From Nitrososphaera viennensis EN76 (GTDB lineage: Archaea > Thermoproteota > Nitrososphaeria > Nitrososphaerales > Nitrososphaeraceae): DNA of 32,000 nucleotides. The notes beneath the pieces are model-generated. The model ran no database searches and was not told the DNA's origin. It saw only the letters and a program-made list of their open reading frames with translations. The DNA is taken from the NCBI RefSeq assembly GCF_000698785.1, contig NZ_CP007536.1:2460001-2492000 (forward strand), written 5' to 3'. This document shows, piece by piece, positions 18,883-26,901 of the stretch; within the stretch, counting starts at the first letter, position 1; every line of letters begins with the position of its first letter. The translations under genes and the position numbers were made by a program.

Positions 18883-19884
18883 CTAGACAAAGTACTTGAC
18901 CCGCTCTTTTTTGAACTCGCGGGAGCTAAATAGGATCTTGTAGTCGCTTATGCCGATCTGACCTGACATCTCGACTGCCATCTTTTCGGCGGCTTCAAGC
19001 GACCTTGCGTGCACCATCGAAAACACGTTGTACTTCCAGTCCGGGTACACGGGCCTTCGGTAGCAGTGGCTCACCTGCGGAAACGCGGCAAGCTTGAAAC
19101 CGACATCGTCCACCCTGTCCTCCGGCACGTTCCACACTACCATGCCGTTTGCGACAAAGCCGGCGTCGCGGTGGCGAAGTATTGCGGCAAATCTGCGCAT
19201 CAGGCCTTCCTTTTCGTATTCCCTTGCCCTGGAAAACAATTCTGCGGTGGTGATCCCGAGGTTCTGCGCCATCTCCCTGAAAGGCTCCCTGACGACCGGA
19301 AGGTCCTTTTGCAATTCGCGGACAAACTCTTTGTCGCGCTCGGTTATCTCCAGCCTGTCGGGATTCAGCTCCTTGACCTCGTCCGTGGGCTTGGGTTTTT
19401 CCGCGTCCCCGTTGACCATGTCGAGTTTTACGCCGATCTTGTACATCTTTAGCGTCGGAAGCAACCGGTATTTCACGACGCCGTCAAGCGCGGACATCCT
19501 GTCAAGCTCGCCCTTCATGTCAGAGTCGGGCGGGACTGCAAGCGTGAACCACATGTTGTACTCGTGGTTGCGCTCATAGTTGTGGCTGACGCCGGGGTGC
19601 TCGTTCACCTTCTCTGCCACGGCGTCAAGTTTCTCGGGCGCAACTGCAAACGCGATCAGCGCGCTCTTGTACCCAAGGCGTCTTGTGTCGAAAATGGCGT
19701 TAATCTGCCGTATGAGCCCCATGCCCTTTAATCCGCTTATCCTCTGCATGACTTCGTCTTCAGAGATGTTGTAGTTCTTGGCAATCTCCAGATAAGGCCT
19801 GTCTGCAAGCGGGAAAACCCACTGGATGTCGTTCAGCAACTTTTTGTCCATTTCGTCGAGCTGCTGGTGGTAGTTTGCCTGCAT
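18883..19884 (-). CDS. ahbAB: Siroheme decarboxylase, fused AhbA/AhbB (NirD/L-like, Lrp/AsnC fold duplication)
   Basis: Two tandem halves, each with the pattern L....Q..FP....PY..iA...g..E.e...r........G.irr: DKKLLNDIQWVFPLADRPYLEIA...GLIRQI and DKEFVRELQKDLPVVREPFREMA...GLMRRF. Also HPGVSHNYER / FPQVSHCYRR. Confidence 0.85.
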   Translation of the reverse strand: MQANYHQQLDEMDKKLLNDIQWVFPLADRPYLEIAKNYNISEDEVMQRISGLKGMGLIRQINAIFDTRRLGYKSALIAFAVAPEKLDAVAEKVNEHPGVSHNYERNHEYNMWFTLAVPPDSDMKGELDRMSALDGVVKYRLLPTLKMYKIGVKLDMVNGDAEKPKPTDEVKELNPDRLEITERDKEFVRELQKDLPVVREPFREMAQNLGITTAELFSRAREYEKEGLMRRFAAILRHRDAGFVANGMVVWNVPEDRVDDVGFKLAAFPQVSHCYRRPVYPDWKYNVFSMVHARSLEAAEKMAVEMSGQIGISDYKILFSSREFKKERVKYFV

Positions 19885-19975
19885 ATGATAAAGCGGCCGG
19901 AAATAGACGTTTATCTATTAAAAACCTACCTGTGCTCTGGCGCATAGTCTAAATACCAATTGCGCATCTTTTTGC

Positions 19976-20170
19976 ATGTTCAGAAAACATATGGGCATCA
20001 TAACGATGCAGCTTGTCTGCGACACGTGCAAGAAGGTGATCCTCGAAAAAGAAGGGGAGGAGCACCTGATGAACGAGCGCTTTCCGATAACCGGCGAGGA
20101 GGCAAAAAAGCTCGACATGGAGCACCGCGGCCACGAATGCCACATTGAAGCAGTCGAAAAGTTGCAGTAG
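19976..20170 (+). CDS. Small metal-binding protein (CxxC...HxCH)
   Basis: MQLVCDTCKKV...HRGHECHIE. A TATA-like tctaaatacc lies about 28 nt before the ATG at 19976; alternative in-frame ATGs are at 19991 and 20006. Confidence 0.45.
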   Translation: MFRKHMGIITMQLVCDTCKKVILEKEGEEHLMNERFPITGEEAKKLDMEHRGHECHIEAVEKLQ

Positions 20171-20217
20171 AGAAAAAGAGAAGCGCGTTTTTCCAGTAAT
20201 ATTTGCAGGGAGCCAGA

Positions 20218-20499
20218 CTAGAGGTTCAAGCCAAACGAGTTTGCCATTTCTGCAAACTGGTTGTACCTGTGCAGGTATTCCTTGCCCTGCGGGGTGATGA
20301 CGTATATCCTCTGACCTTCCAGAACTTGCTCCTGGATAAGGCCGGCCTGGACTAGCTTGCTTGCAACCGCCGCCAGCCTTCCGTAGGAAAGGTTGGCCTT
20401 TCTCAGAAGCGATGTGAGGTTGACGCCGCCAGTGCCATGCTCCTCGGTAATCTGGAGCACGTCGCCCAGAATCTTGACGCTGTTACGGTAAGGCGCCAT
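20218..20499 (-). CDS. Winged-helix DNA-binding protein (HTH_45-like)
   Basis: ILGDVLQITEEHGTGGVNLTSLLRKANLSYGRLAAVASKLVQAGLIQE...YVITPQGKEYL fits the archaeal HTH_45 pattern. Confidence 0.75.
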   Translation of the reverse strand: MAPYRNSVKILGDVLQITEEHGTGGVNLTSLLRKANLSYGRLAAVASKLVQAGLIQEQVLEGQRIYVITPQGKEYLHRYNQFAEMANSFGLNL

Positions 20500-20607
20500 T
20501 GGGAGATGAGGTATTAAACACCATAATAAGGATTACGTAAAAAGCTTCTGTAAGTACTGCACTAAGACCTTGGCTTTTATAGCGGCCGGTGCACAAGCTA
20601 CCATGTC

Positions 20608-21138
20608 TTGAGTAGTAATAGCAGCAACGGCAAGCCCGCAATAACGTGGTTTCGGGACTTTATGGGGGTCGGCTACCGCTACCACGACGTCTACATGAAC
20701 GTCTTTCCGCTTTTCCAGGACAAGATGCCTGCCTTCAAGCTGTGGAACAAGACCGTCGACTGGTGGCCCGACGACCAGATAAAACTGCGCTTTGTGGAAG
20801 ACGGCGACCACTACTGGTTCATCCTGTATGGCGGCTCTGACTACAAGAAGGACAACACCGGCTTTGTGAAAAAGGTCCAGATGTCGGAGAACTACCAGCG
20901 CTTCAAGGCGGGCTACGAGAAAAAGGCGATGCTGCGCTTTGGCATTTACAAGGAAAACACGAACCCGAAAAGAAAAGAGCGCGACGGCAGCATGAAAAAG
21001 TTTGACCTAGAGATCCTGAAAAAGGCCAAGTCAGTCTACGACATTGCGTTTCTGCAGTTGCCCGAGCTTGCCAAGGATTCGGTCGAGTGGCAATGCATAA
21101 TACAACAAGAGCAGGAAGAAAAAAGCAGCGGCCGGTAA
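20608..21138 (+). CDS. Hypothetical protein (Trp/Tyr-rich N-domain, Lys-rich C-terminus)
   Basis: 176-aa ORF with a TTG start. A TATA-like cttttatag lies about 30 nt upstream. No recognisable family. Confidence 0.45.
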   Translation: MSSNSSNGKPAITWFRDFMGVGYRYHDVYMNVFPLFQDKMPAFKLWNKTVDWWPDDQIKLRFVEDGDHYWFILYGGSDYKKDNTGFVKKVQMSENYQRFKAGYEKKAMLRFGIYKENTNPKRKERDGSMKKFDLEILKKAKSVYDIAFLQLPELAKDSVEWQCIIQQEQEEKSSGR

Positions 21139-21719
21139 AAAAGACAAAGTTTGCCTGCGTACAAGGCTGCTCGGACTGCTGCATCTACCGCGAGTACTAC
21201 CCTTCTCCTGACTTTGGCAAGATAGGCGTGCTCCTCTTGCCGGAGGAAAAAAGCAAGATGGAAAAACTTGCAAAGGAGAAGGGACTAGAGGTCAGGATTG
21301 TGCCCCGGCTTGCGGTGGGGGATATGGCCGGCCCTGAAAAAATAATCGCGTACCAGATGATGGGCAAGCAGGAGGACGGCGACCTGTGCCCGTTCCTCGA
21401 CCTTGAAAAGCGCTCTCCGCACGGGGGCTTTGCGTGCGGGATATATGCGCTGAAGCCGCTTGCCTGCAGCGCTTACCCTGTGGTGGATGCGGGCAGCAAT
21501 AACAACAACAGGTACGCGACCCTTGACCCCCACTGCCAGTTCTGCAAGCATAACCACAATTCTACAAAAGCAGGCCTTGAAGGCTTGGAGAGCGAGCTAG
21601 AGTCGCTTTCAAAGATCAAGGCAGCAGTAAGGGCGGAAAACGGAGTGCACGTCTGGCGCTACGCGACTGCAACTGGCCAGCAGGCGACGCTTGGCGAAGG
21701 ATGGGTCCTAGAGTCCTGA
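21087..21719 (+). CDS. YkgJ-family cysteine-cluster (zinc/iron-chelating) protein
   Basis: FACVQGCSDCC plus CPFLD...GFACGIYALKPLACSAYP match the YkgJ/UPF0153 motifs (C..C..CC and CpFl...C.IY..RP..C..yP). It overlaps the upstream ORF by 52 nt. Confidence 0.7.
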   Translation: MAMHNTTRAGRKKQRPVKKTKFACVQGCSDCCIYREYYPSPDFGKIGVLLLPEEKSKMEKLAKEKGLEVRIVPRLAVGDMAGPEKIIAYQMMGKQEDGDLCPFLDLEKRSPHGGFACGIYALKPLACSAYPVVDAGSNNNNRYATLDPHCQFCKHNHNSTKAGLEGLESELESLSKIKAAVRAENGVHVWRYATATGQQATLGEGWVLES

Positions 21720-21929
21720 CTTCTTTTCATACAACGTTTCATCGCCGCGCCTGACCTTTGCTATCCTGCTTGGCGGTATCACGGAAAAATTTTCAGAAAG
21801 GGATACAAACTCTTGCAGCGGGACTTCGACGATGCTGTCAAAGTCGCGGTAGCTGACAAAATAGAGGGAGGGGTCGTCGGCGTAGAGCGCCCTGCTAAAG
21901 ATCTCTTCTAGTTTGCCCTTTCTGGTCAT
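21708..21929 (-). CDS. DUF504-like small protein
   Basis: YFVSYRDFDSIVEVPLQEF...VIPPSRIAKVRRGDETLYEK resembles the DUF504 pattern (y.i.Y.dr...e......IP.HRI..i...g..iw.r). The ATG overlaps the leuD stop (ATGA). Confidence 0.55.
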   Translation of the reverse strand: MTRKGKLEEIFSRALYADDPSLYFVSYRDFDSIVEVPLQEFVSLSENFSVIPPSRIAKVRRGDETLYEKKSGL

Positions 21930-22426
21930 GACGGCTTGTACTTCATGAGCCCGCCGGCCTCGACTATCTTGGCGATAAGCTCTGGAAACGGCTTCATGGA
22001 GTACTGCTCGTTCTTTGTGACGTTCGTAATCCTGTTGCTTGCAAGGTCGATTTCCAGCTCGTCCCTGTCAGAGATCTTTTTCACGGTCGCCGCGTCTATC
22101 TCTATGGGGAGAAGGTACCCGCCGTCCACGGCGTTTCTGTAGAATATCCTCGCAAACGTCGGTGCAAGGATTGCCTTTATGCCCGTCTGCGAGAGCGCGA
22201 TTGGCGCGTGCTCCCTGCTGGAGCCGCAGCCAAAGTTGCTTCCCGTGACGAGGAAATCTCCTTGCTGGACCTTTTCAGGGAACTTGGGGTCGATGCCTTC
22301 CATCGCGTGTTTTGCCAGTTCCTTGTGGTCGTGGATCTTCAGATACGGGCCGGGTATGATGACGTCCGTGTCGATGTTGTCCCTTTCGTACTTGTGGACC
22401 CTGCCTCTCAATGTCTTGTTCATCAT
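21926..22426 (-). CDS. leuD: 3-isopropylmalate/(homo)aconitate dehydratase, small subunit
   Basis: DNIDTDVIIPGPYLK, GSNFGCGSSREHAP and IFYRNAVDGG are LeuD/aconitase swivel-domain motifs. Confidence 0.9.
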   Translation of the reverse strand: MMNKTLRGRVHKYERDNIDTDVIIPGPYLKIHDHKELAKHAMEGIDPKFPEKVQQGDFLVTGSNFGCGSSREHAPIALSQTGIKAILAPTFARIFYRNAVDGGYLLPIEIDAATVKKISDRDELEIDLASNRITNVTKNEQYSMKPFPELIAKIVEAGGLMKYKPS

Positions 22427-22427
22427 C

Positions 22428-23702
22428 TTAATTTTTCACGTCCCTCGGGTCTGTTATCCTGCCCGTTATTGCTGATGCCGCCACTACCACCGGGGAGGCG
22501 AGGTACGTCTGCGACTCGACGTGGCCCATCCTGCCGGGAAAGTTGCGGTTTGTGGTGCTTATGCATATCTCGCCCTTGCCAAGCACTCCCATGTGCGCGC
22601 CGCAGCACGCGCCGCACGTAGGCGGGCCGACGATTGCGCCGGCCTCCATGAAAATCTCTACCAGTCCTTCCTTCATGGCCTTCATGTAGATGGACTGCGC
22701 CGCCGGCAGCACCTCGGTACGGATCTTGACCTTCTTTCCCTTCAATATCTTGGCAGCCGCTCTCAGGTCGTCAAGCTTGGCACCCGTGCACGAGCCGATG
22801 TACGCCTTGTCAAGTTCAGTCCCCTGCAGCTCCCTTGCGACAGAGATGTTGCCGGGCGAAAACGGCTTGGCAATCGTGGGCTCCATCTTTTCAATCTCTA
22901 TGGTAAACGTCTCGGAGTATTGCACGTTGTCGTCGCTGTGCACCGGCGAGTACTGCGCGTCCGTGCGCTCCCGCAGGTACGCGTACGTGGTCTCGTCCGG
23001 CTCGATGATGCCGTTCTTGGCTCCCGCCTCTGTCGTCATGTTTGTAAGCGTCAGGCGCTCTTCCATCGACAGCTTTTTCACTACATCGCCTGCAAACTGC
23101 ATGGTCTTGTAGTTGGCGCCGTCCGTGCCGATCTCGCCGATTACCTTCAGTATGATGTCCTTTGCCATGATGTGGTCAGGCTTGTTGCCCTCAACCTTGA
23201 ACATCATCGTCTCGGGGACCTTGAACCATATCTCGCCGTTCATGAGCACGTACGCCACGTCGGTGTGGCCAAGGCCGGCCGCAAAGGCGCCCATCGCGCC
23301 TGTCGTGTTTGTGTGCGAGTCGCCTCCCACGTACACCTCTCCCGGCAGGACCATCGCCTCCTCGTGCGAGAGCGTGTGGCAGATGCCGTACTGGCCGAGG
23401 CCGTACTTGAAGTGCTTCTTTATCCCGTACTTTTTCGTAAAGTTGGAAAGCGTGATGATGTTCTCTGCCGAGACGCGGTCGGCCGCCGGCACAAAGTGAT
23501 CTTCGGTCACCCACACCCTGTCGGCGTTCCAAATCTTGTCCAGTTTCAGCCCTTTCTTCTCCCACTCACTGAAAACCTTGATGACGCCGGGGCCGGACAC
23601 GTCGTGCATCATGACCTTGTCCACCTTTGCAAACACCACGTCGCCGGGCGAGACGCTCTGCCTGCCGGCGGCGCGGGCAAGTATCTTTTCGGTAATCGTC
23701 AT
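22428..23702 (-). CDS. leuC: 3-isopropylmalate/(homo)aconitate dehydratase, large subunit
   Basis: MTITEKILARAAG start, plus GGDSHTNTTGAMGAFA, IGSCTGAKLDDL, PTCGACCG and STTNRNFPGRMG. The 49-codon N-terminal extension in the track overlaps the divergent promoter region and is rejected. Confidence 0.92.
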   Translation of the reverse strand: MTITEKILARAAGRQSVSPGDVVFAKVDKVMMHDVSGPGVIKVFSEWEKKGLKLDKIWNADRVWVTEDHFVPAADRVSAENIITLSNFTKKYGIKKHFKYGLGQYGICHTLSHEEAMVLPGEVYVGGDSHTNTTGAMGAFAAGLGHTDVAYVLMNGEIWFKVPETMMFKVEGNKPDHIMAKDIILKVIGEIGTDGANYKTMQFAGDVVKKLSMEERLTLTNMTTEAGAKNGIIEPDETTYAYLRERTDAQYSPVHSDDNVQYSETFTIEIEKMEPTIAKPFSPGNISVARELQGTELDKAYIGSCTGAKLDDLRAAAKILKGKKVKIRTEVLPAAQSIYMKAMKEGLVEIFMEAGAIVGPPTCGACCGAHMGVLGKGEICISTTNRNFPGRMGHVESQTYLASPVVVAASAITGRITDPRDVKN

Positions 23703-23787
23703 AGCTGCCAAAACGGTACCACTTGACGGGGATTTGGCGGATGGCGGATTAAAACCTTTGGCAAACGCGAAAGCAAGATTAAGCCGG

Positions 23788-24561
23788 GTGCGAATATCGT
23801 CACTGCGCTTGGAGATACTGGCAGTCAAGGTCGCAAGGAAGAGCGGCAAGTTTAGCCTGTTTGAGAGCCTCCTGCAGCAGGGCTTTGATTACAAAGACGG
23901 CGACATAATCGTGGTGTCAAGCAAGTTCGTCTCGATGGCCGAGGGCTCGGTGGTCGACATGAGGAGGATAAGGGTGAGCAAAAAGGCAAGGGCGCTTGCA
24001 AAAAAATGCCACATGGAGCCAAAGCTTGCAGAGCTGGTGCTGAGGGAATCAGATTACATAGTCAAGGGCGTGCCCGGCTTTCTCCTTGCGATACGGGACG
24101 GCATGATAGCGCCAAACGCCGGGATAGACAAGTCAAACGTGCCAAAGGGCTTTGCGATCCTCTACCCGCGCGACCCGTTTGCCTCTGCCGAGGGCCTGAA
24201 GGACGCGTTTCTGGCAAACCTCGGAATAAAGGTGGGAATAGTGATAGCAGACAGCCGGCTCATGCCTACCCGGATAGGCACCACCGGGGTCGCAATAGCG
24301 TGCGCCGGCTTTGAGCCGGTTGAGGACCTGCGAGGCAAGAAGGACCTCTTTGGCAACGTGCTCAGGGTGACCTTCCGGGCCGTGGCAGACGGCCTTGCCA
24401 CGATGGGCGTGGCGGCAATGGGCGAAAGCGACGAGTCTACGCCTGCAGCCGTGGTGAGGGGCGCCAGGGTGCAGTGGACGAACAAAAAGCTGTCGTGGCG
24501 CGACATGGCAGTTGCACCAGAGCAGGACATCTATTTGCGCGGCCTGAAAAGCGAATTATGA
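23788..24561 (+). CDS. cofE: Coenzyme F420-0:L-glutamate ligase CofE
   Basis: GDIIVVSSKFVSMAEG, MIAPNAGIDKSN, GIVIADSRLMPTRIGTTGVAIACAG and VADGLATMG are CofE hallmarks. The start is GTG 23788 or TTG 23809; the upstream part of the track ORF is antisense shadow of leuC. Confidence 0.85.
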   Translation: MRISSLRLEILAVKVARKSGKFSLFESLLQQGFDYKDGDIIVVSSKFVSMAEGSVVDMRRIRVSKKARALAKKCHMEPKLAELVLRESDYIVKGVPGFLLAIRDGMIAPNAGIDKSNVPKGFAILYPRDPFASAEGLKDAFLANLGIKVGIVIADSRLMPTRIGTTGVAIACAGFEPVEDLRGKKDLFGNVLRVTFRAVADGLATMGVAAMGESDESTPAAVVRGARVQWTNKKLSWRDMAVAPEQDIYLRGLKSEL

Positions 24562-24630
24562 TAATCATGAGATACATGCTTGCACAGAGTTTTAATATTG
24601 CCTTCTTGGATTGCTGTCTAACAAAGCGCA

Positions 24631-25176
24631 TTGTCTGAATTCCTTACAGCTTACCCAAAGACAAGCATTGCAAAGGGGATCAAGAACCTCATCAGGCGGG
24701 AGGAAATAGAGCTTGACCACCTCAGCCTCATGGTAAAGATAAAGAAGGACGAAATAATCAACGCCCTCCTCTCGGAAGGCTTCAAGCTCGTGAAACTGGA
24801 GAACAAAAAACCAAACCAGCTGGGCTGCGGCCTTGCGAAAAAGCTGTCCAAGCCGTGGGAGATGCACGTGCGCCTTTTCACGGTCGAGCAGGGGCTCATA
24901 GCGATACAGGCCGAAGTCGAGGTGTCAAGGAAGTACATCCAGCACATACGCTCTGCAAGGGCGCCTGTCATCTACGAGGTCGAGCAGATCCTGAAAAAGC
25001 ACCAGATAGAGTACAAGATCTGGAACGAAAAGATCCGCGACTATATCACCCGCGTGATAGACAACCACGAGATCAAGCTGGAGGCGCCAAGCATCCCGAT
25101 ATCGTGGAAGCAGATGGCCGCCTATGCCGCGGCCCTGGGCATCGTATATCTTTTAAAGTTCACGACCATCATCTAG
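24631..25176 (+). CDS. Hypothetical protein with a C-terminal TM anchor
   Basis: 181 aa with a TTG start. TATA-like tttaatatt about 36 nt upstream. C-terminal MAAYAAALGIVYLLKF helix. No known family recognised. Confidence 0.5.
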   Translation: MSEFLTAYPKTSIAKGIKNLIRREEIELDHLSLMVKIKKDEIINALLSEGFKLVKLENKKPNQLGCGLAKKLSKPWEMHVRLFTVEQGLIAIQAEVEVSRKYIQHIRSARAPVIYEVEQILKKHQIEYKIWNEKIRDYITRVIDNHEIKLEAPSIPISWKQMAAYAAALGIVYLLKFTTII

Positions 25177-25222
25177 CCGCGCCTACAAAGGCTTAATTGT
25201 TGCGCAGGCACATCTGCCGCTG

Positions 25223-25804
25223 TTGGCAAGCCCGCAGCTGCCGCCATCATCGTCGTCAGCAGCCATTTTCAGATACTATGGCGCCTCTGCGTGGGAGATA
25301 GAGACGCTGTACGACACGCTGTCAAGGTCGTACAGCGTGGAAGACTCGGAGGTCCCTGCCGACGACCCGCAGTTTGTCACGATGGTGGAGATAGGCTTTC
25401 CTGCCCCGTTTGGCGAGCCCTTTTTCCAGGAATTCACGATGGACAGCTGGTTCAAGGTAAAGGGCGTGCTCAAGGACATGAAGAGAAGGCGCGGGCGAAA
25501 AGGCGTGAAAACCTACATCCGCTTTGCCGGCTTTGAGGGCGGAAAAACTCCAGTAGTGTTCCCGCTCCTGTCAAAGGGCGACCGCCAGTACGAAATGGGT
25601 GTGGAAAAGCTGGAGTACCTAGTAGACATCGTGCCCCTGCAGCTAAAGACGGTCCCAAAGGGCGCCGAGGAGGTGTGGTACTCGTACGAGGAGGCCACCT
25701 TCAAGTGGAGCCCGAGCGCCACGATGGTAAACGGCGTCAACTATTTGTACAAGAACAACGAGTGGGTCCTGCCCGCAAAAAAGTCATCATCATCATCAGT
25801 CTAG
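25223..25804 (+). CDS. Hypothetical protein
   Basis: 193 aa with a TTG start, a Ser-rich N-terminus and a poly-Ser C-terminus. No known family recognised. Confidence 0.45.
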   Translation: MASPQLPPSSSSAAIFRYYGASAWEIETLYDTLSRSYSVEDSEVPADDPQFVTMVEIGFPAPFGEPFFQEFTMDSWFKVKGVLKDMKRRRGRKGVKTYIRFAGFEGGKTPVVFPLLSKGDRQYEMGVEKLEYLVDIVPLQLKTVPKGAEEVWYSYEEATFKWSPSATMVNGVNYLYKNNEWVLPAKKSSSSSV

Positions 25805-26236
25805 CTGGTTGACGACGCCTGAGTCGTGCAGGCCCTTGCTCAGCTCCTTGTACTTTTTGTCGAGGAATTCAAGCGACTCTTCCAGCTTTTTTGACTTGCC
25901 GTACTTGAAGCGCACAAGCTCGCGGTGGCGCCAGAAATGCTTGCCCTCTGACACGGACAGCGTGGTGAAATAGTCCGGCCCCTTCAGGCTGTCATGCAGC
26001 TTGACGCTGTGCGGGAAGATGTACTCGACTGAAAACCACTCGTCGCCGTCCGGGTAGTCATTGCCGGTGACGACGTCAAAATAAAGGTGCAAAATGCTGT
26101 CGACCGTCAGGCCGTCGTCGCCAATCGCGGGGTGCTTGACCGTCGACTTGCGGTAGTCCATCTTTAGCAGCTGGGGCTCAAAGTACGCCTTGATGATTGC
26201 CCGCCTAAAGAGCTCGTTTGCTTCCTTAAGATTCAA
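25796..26236 (-). CDS. Hypothetical protein
   Basis: 146 aa with a TTG start. TATA (minus strand GATTATAAAA, 26261-26270) is centred about 29 nt upstream. The 3' end overlaps the convergent ORF by 9 nt. Confidence 0.5.
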   Translation of the reverse strand: MNLKEANELFRRAIIKAYFEPQLLKMDYRKSTVKHPAIGDDGLTVDSILHLYFDVVTGNDYPDGDEWFSVEYIFPHSVKLHDSLKGPDYFTTLSVSEGKHFWRHRELVRFKYGKSKKLEESLEFLDKKYKELSKGLHDSGVVNQLD

Positions 26237-26335
26237 AGATACTATAACGGTGCGTGACTATTTTATAATCTTTTTAACGCAATGCGTATAATTTTTACAA
26301 GCGAATCTCTTGTTGCATAGGGCCGGTTTTCGAGC

Positions 26336-26388
26336 GTGCATAATTGCATAATTTGAGCACGGCTGTGCATAATTGAGAAAAGGCACGG
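26336..26388 (+). repeat. Imperfect tandem direct repeat (GTGCATAATTG...GCACGG, two units) with an internal GCATAATT duplication
   Basis: GTGCATAATTG occurs at 26336-26346 and 26365-26375, each followed by GCACGG (26357-26362 and 26383-26388). An extra GCATAATT sits at 26346-26353 and the related TGCGTATAATTT at 26283-26294. Confidence 0.6.
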
Positions 26389-26460
26389 GTATTGCAGCAT
26401 GTGTTGTGTCATGGGCTGTATTAATGGGCGTTCGTGCTAAAAAGAACTAACGGCTGATGA

Positions 26461-26470
26461 TTAATATAAT
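26461..26470 (+). promoter_or_regulatory. TATA box for tRNA-Ser
   Basis: ttaatataat centred about 30 nt upstream of the mature 5' end at 26496. Confidence 0.55.
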
Positions 26471-26495
26471 GTGAATTCCATTTGCATGACGACGG

Positions 26496-26582
26496 GCGGG
26501 GGTCGCCTAGCCTGGTAGGGCGTGGGATTGCTAATCCCATGTCCGCAAGGACCCGTGGGTTCAAATCCCACTCCCCGCGCCA
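26496..26582 (+). tRNA. tRNA-Ser (anticodon GCT), class II with long variable arm; CCA encoded
   Basis: GCGGGGG/TCCCCGC acceptor stem, D arm GCCT-AGCCTGGTA-GGGC, anticodon arm TGGGA-TTGCTAA-TCCCA, variable arm TGTCCGCAAGGACCC, T arm GTGGG-TTCAAAT-CCCAC, discriminator G, CCA at 26580-26582, then TTTT. Confidence 0.93.
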
Positions 26583-26901
26583 TTTTGATTCCATACAGAG
26601 AAATGCGCAATTAACTCGGCCCAAAAATTGAAGGAGGGGTCTTTATTTCGTATGTACCGGCGCTTTATGCAGCCATTGGCGTATCTTCGACCCCATTACC
26701 ACGTAGACAAGAGCTCCGCCCAACCCTGCAATGGCAGCATATATCAGCGGGTAGGTAAGGCCGGAAAAGTCCATCTGCCTTCGCGGCTTTTATACAATTC
26801 ATGCTCTTTAACCACGCTTAACATAGATCAGGTTTCATATCTGGCGTCAGCCAGACACATACTTCTCCCGCATGGCTAGCACCAGCTTTTCGCCAAAACA
26901 A

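Noticed and set aside
23536-23787. N-terminal 84-91 codons of the track ORF 23536-24561, and the 49-codon N-terminal extension of leuC (23703-23849).
   Set aside because: The two extensions overlap each other on opposite strands and cover the divergent promoter. The conserved CofE sequence starts near 23788/23809, and LeuC starts at the canonical MTITEKIL (23702).
26421-26624. 67-aa minus-strand ORF; likewise 12866-13162 (98 aa, minus strand).
   Set aside because: They overlap tRNA-Ser and tRNA-Arg respectively, and their translations are not protein-like.
26628-26879. Plus-strand 83-aa ORF, and an alternative minus-strand 43-aa single-TM ORF (26643-26774, MDFSGLTYPLIYAAIAGLGGALVYVVMGSKIRQWLHKAPVHTK).
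   Set aside because: The plus ORF has poor composition. The minus mini-ORF is plausible as a membrane peptide, but the only TATA-like element (TGTATAAAAG) ends 13 nt before its ATG, too close to place the ATG in the transcript. Left uncalled.
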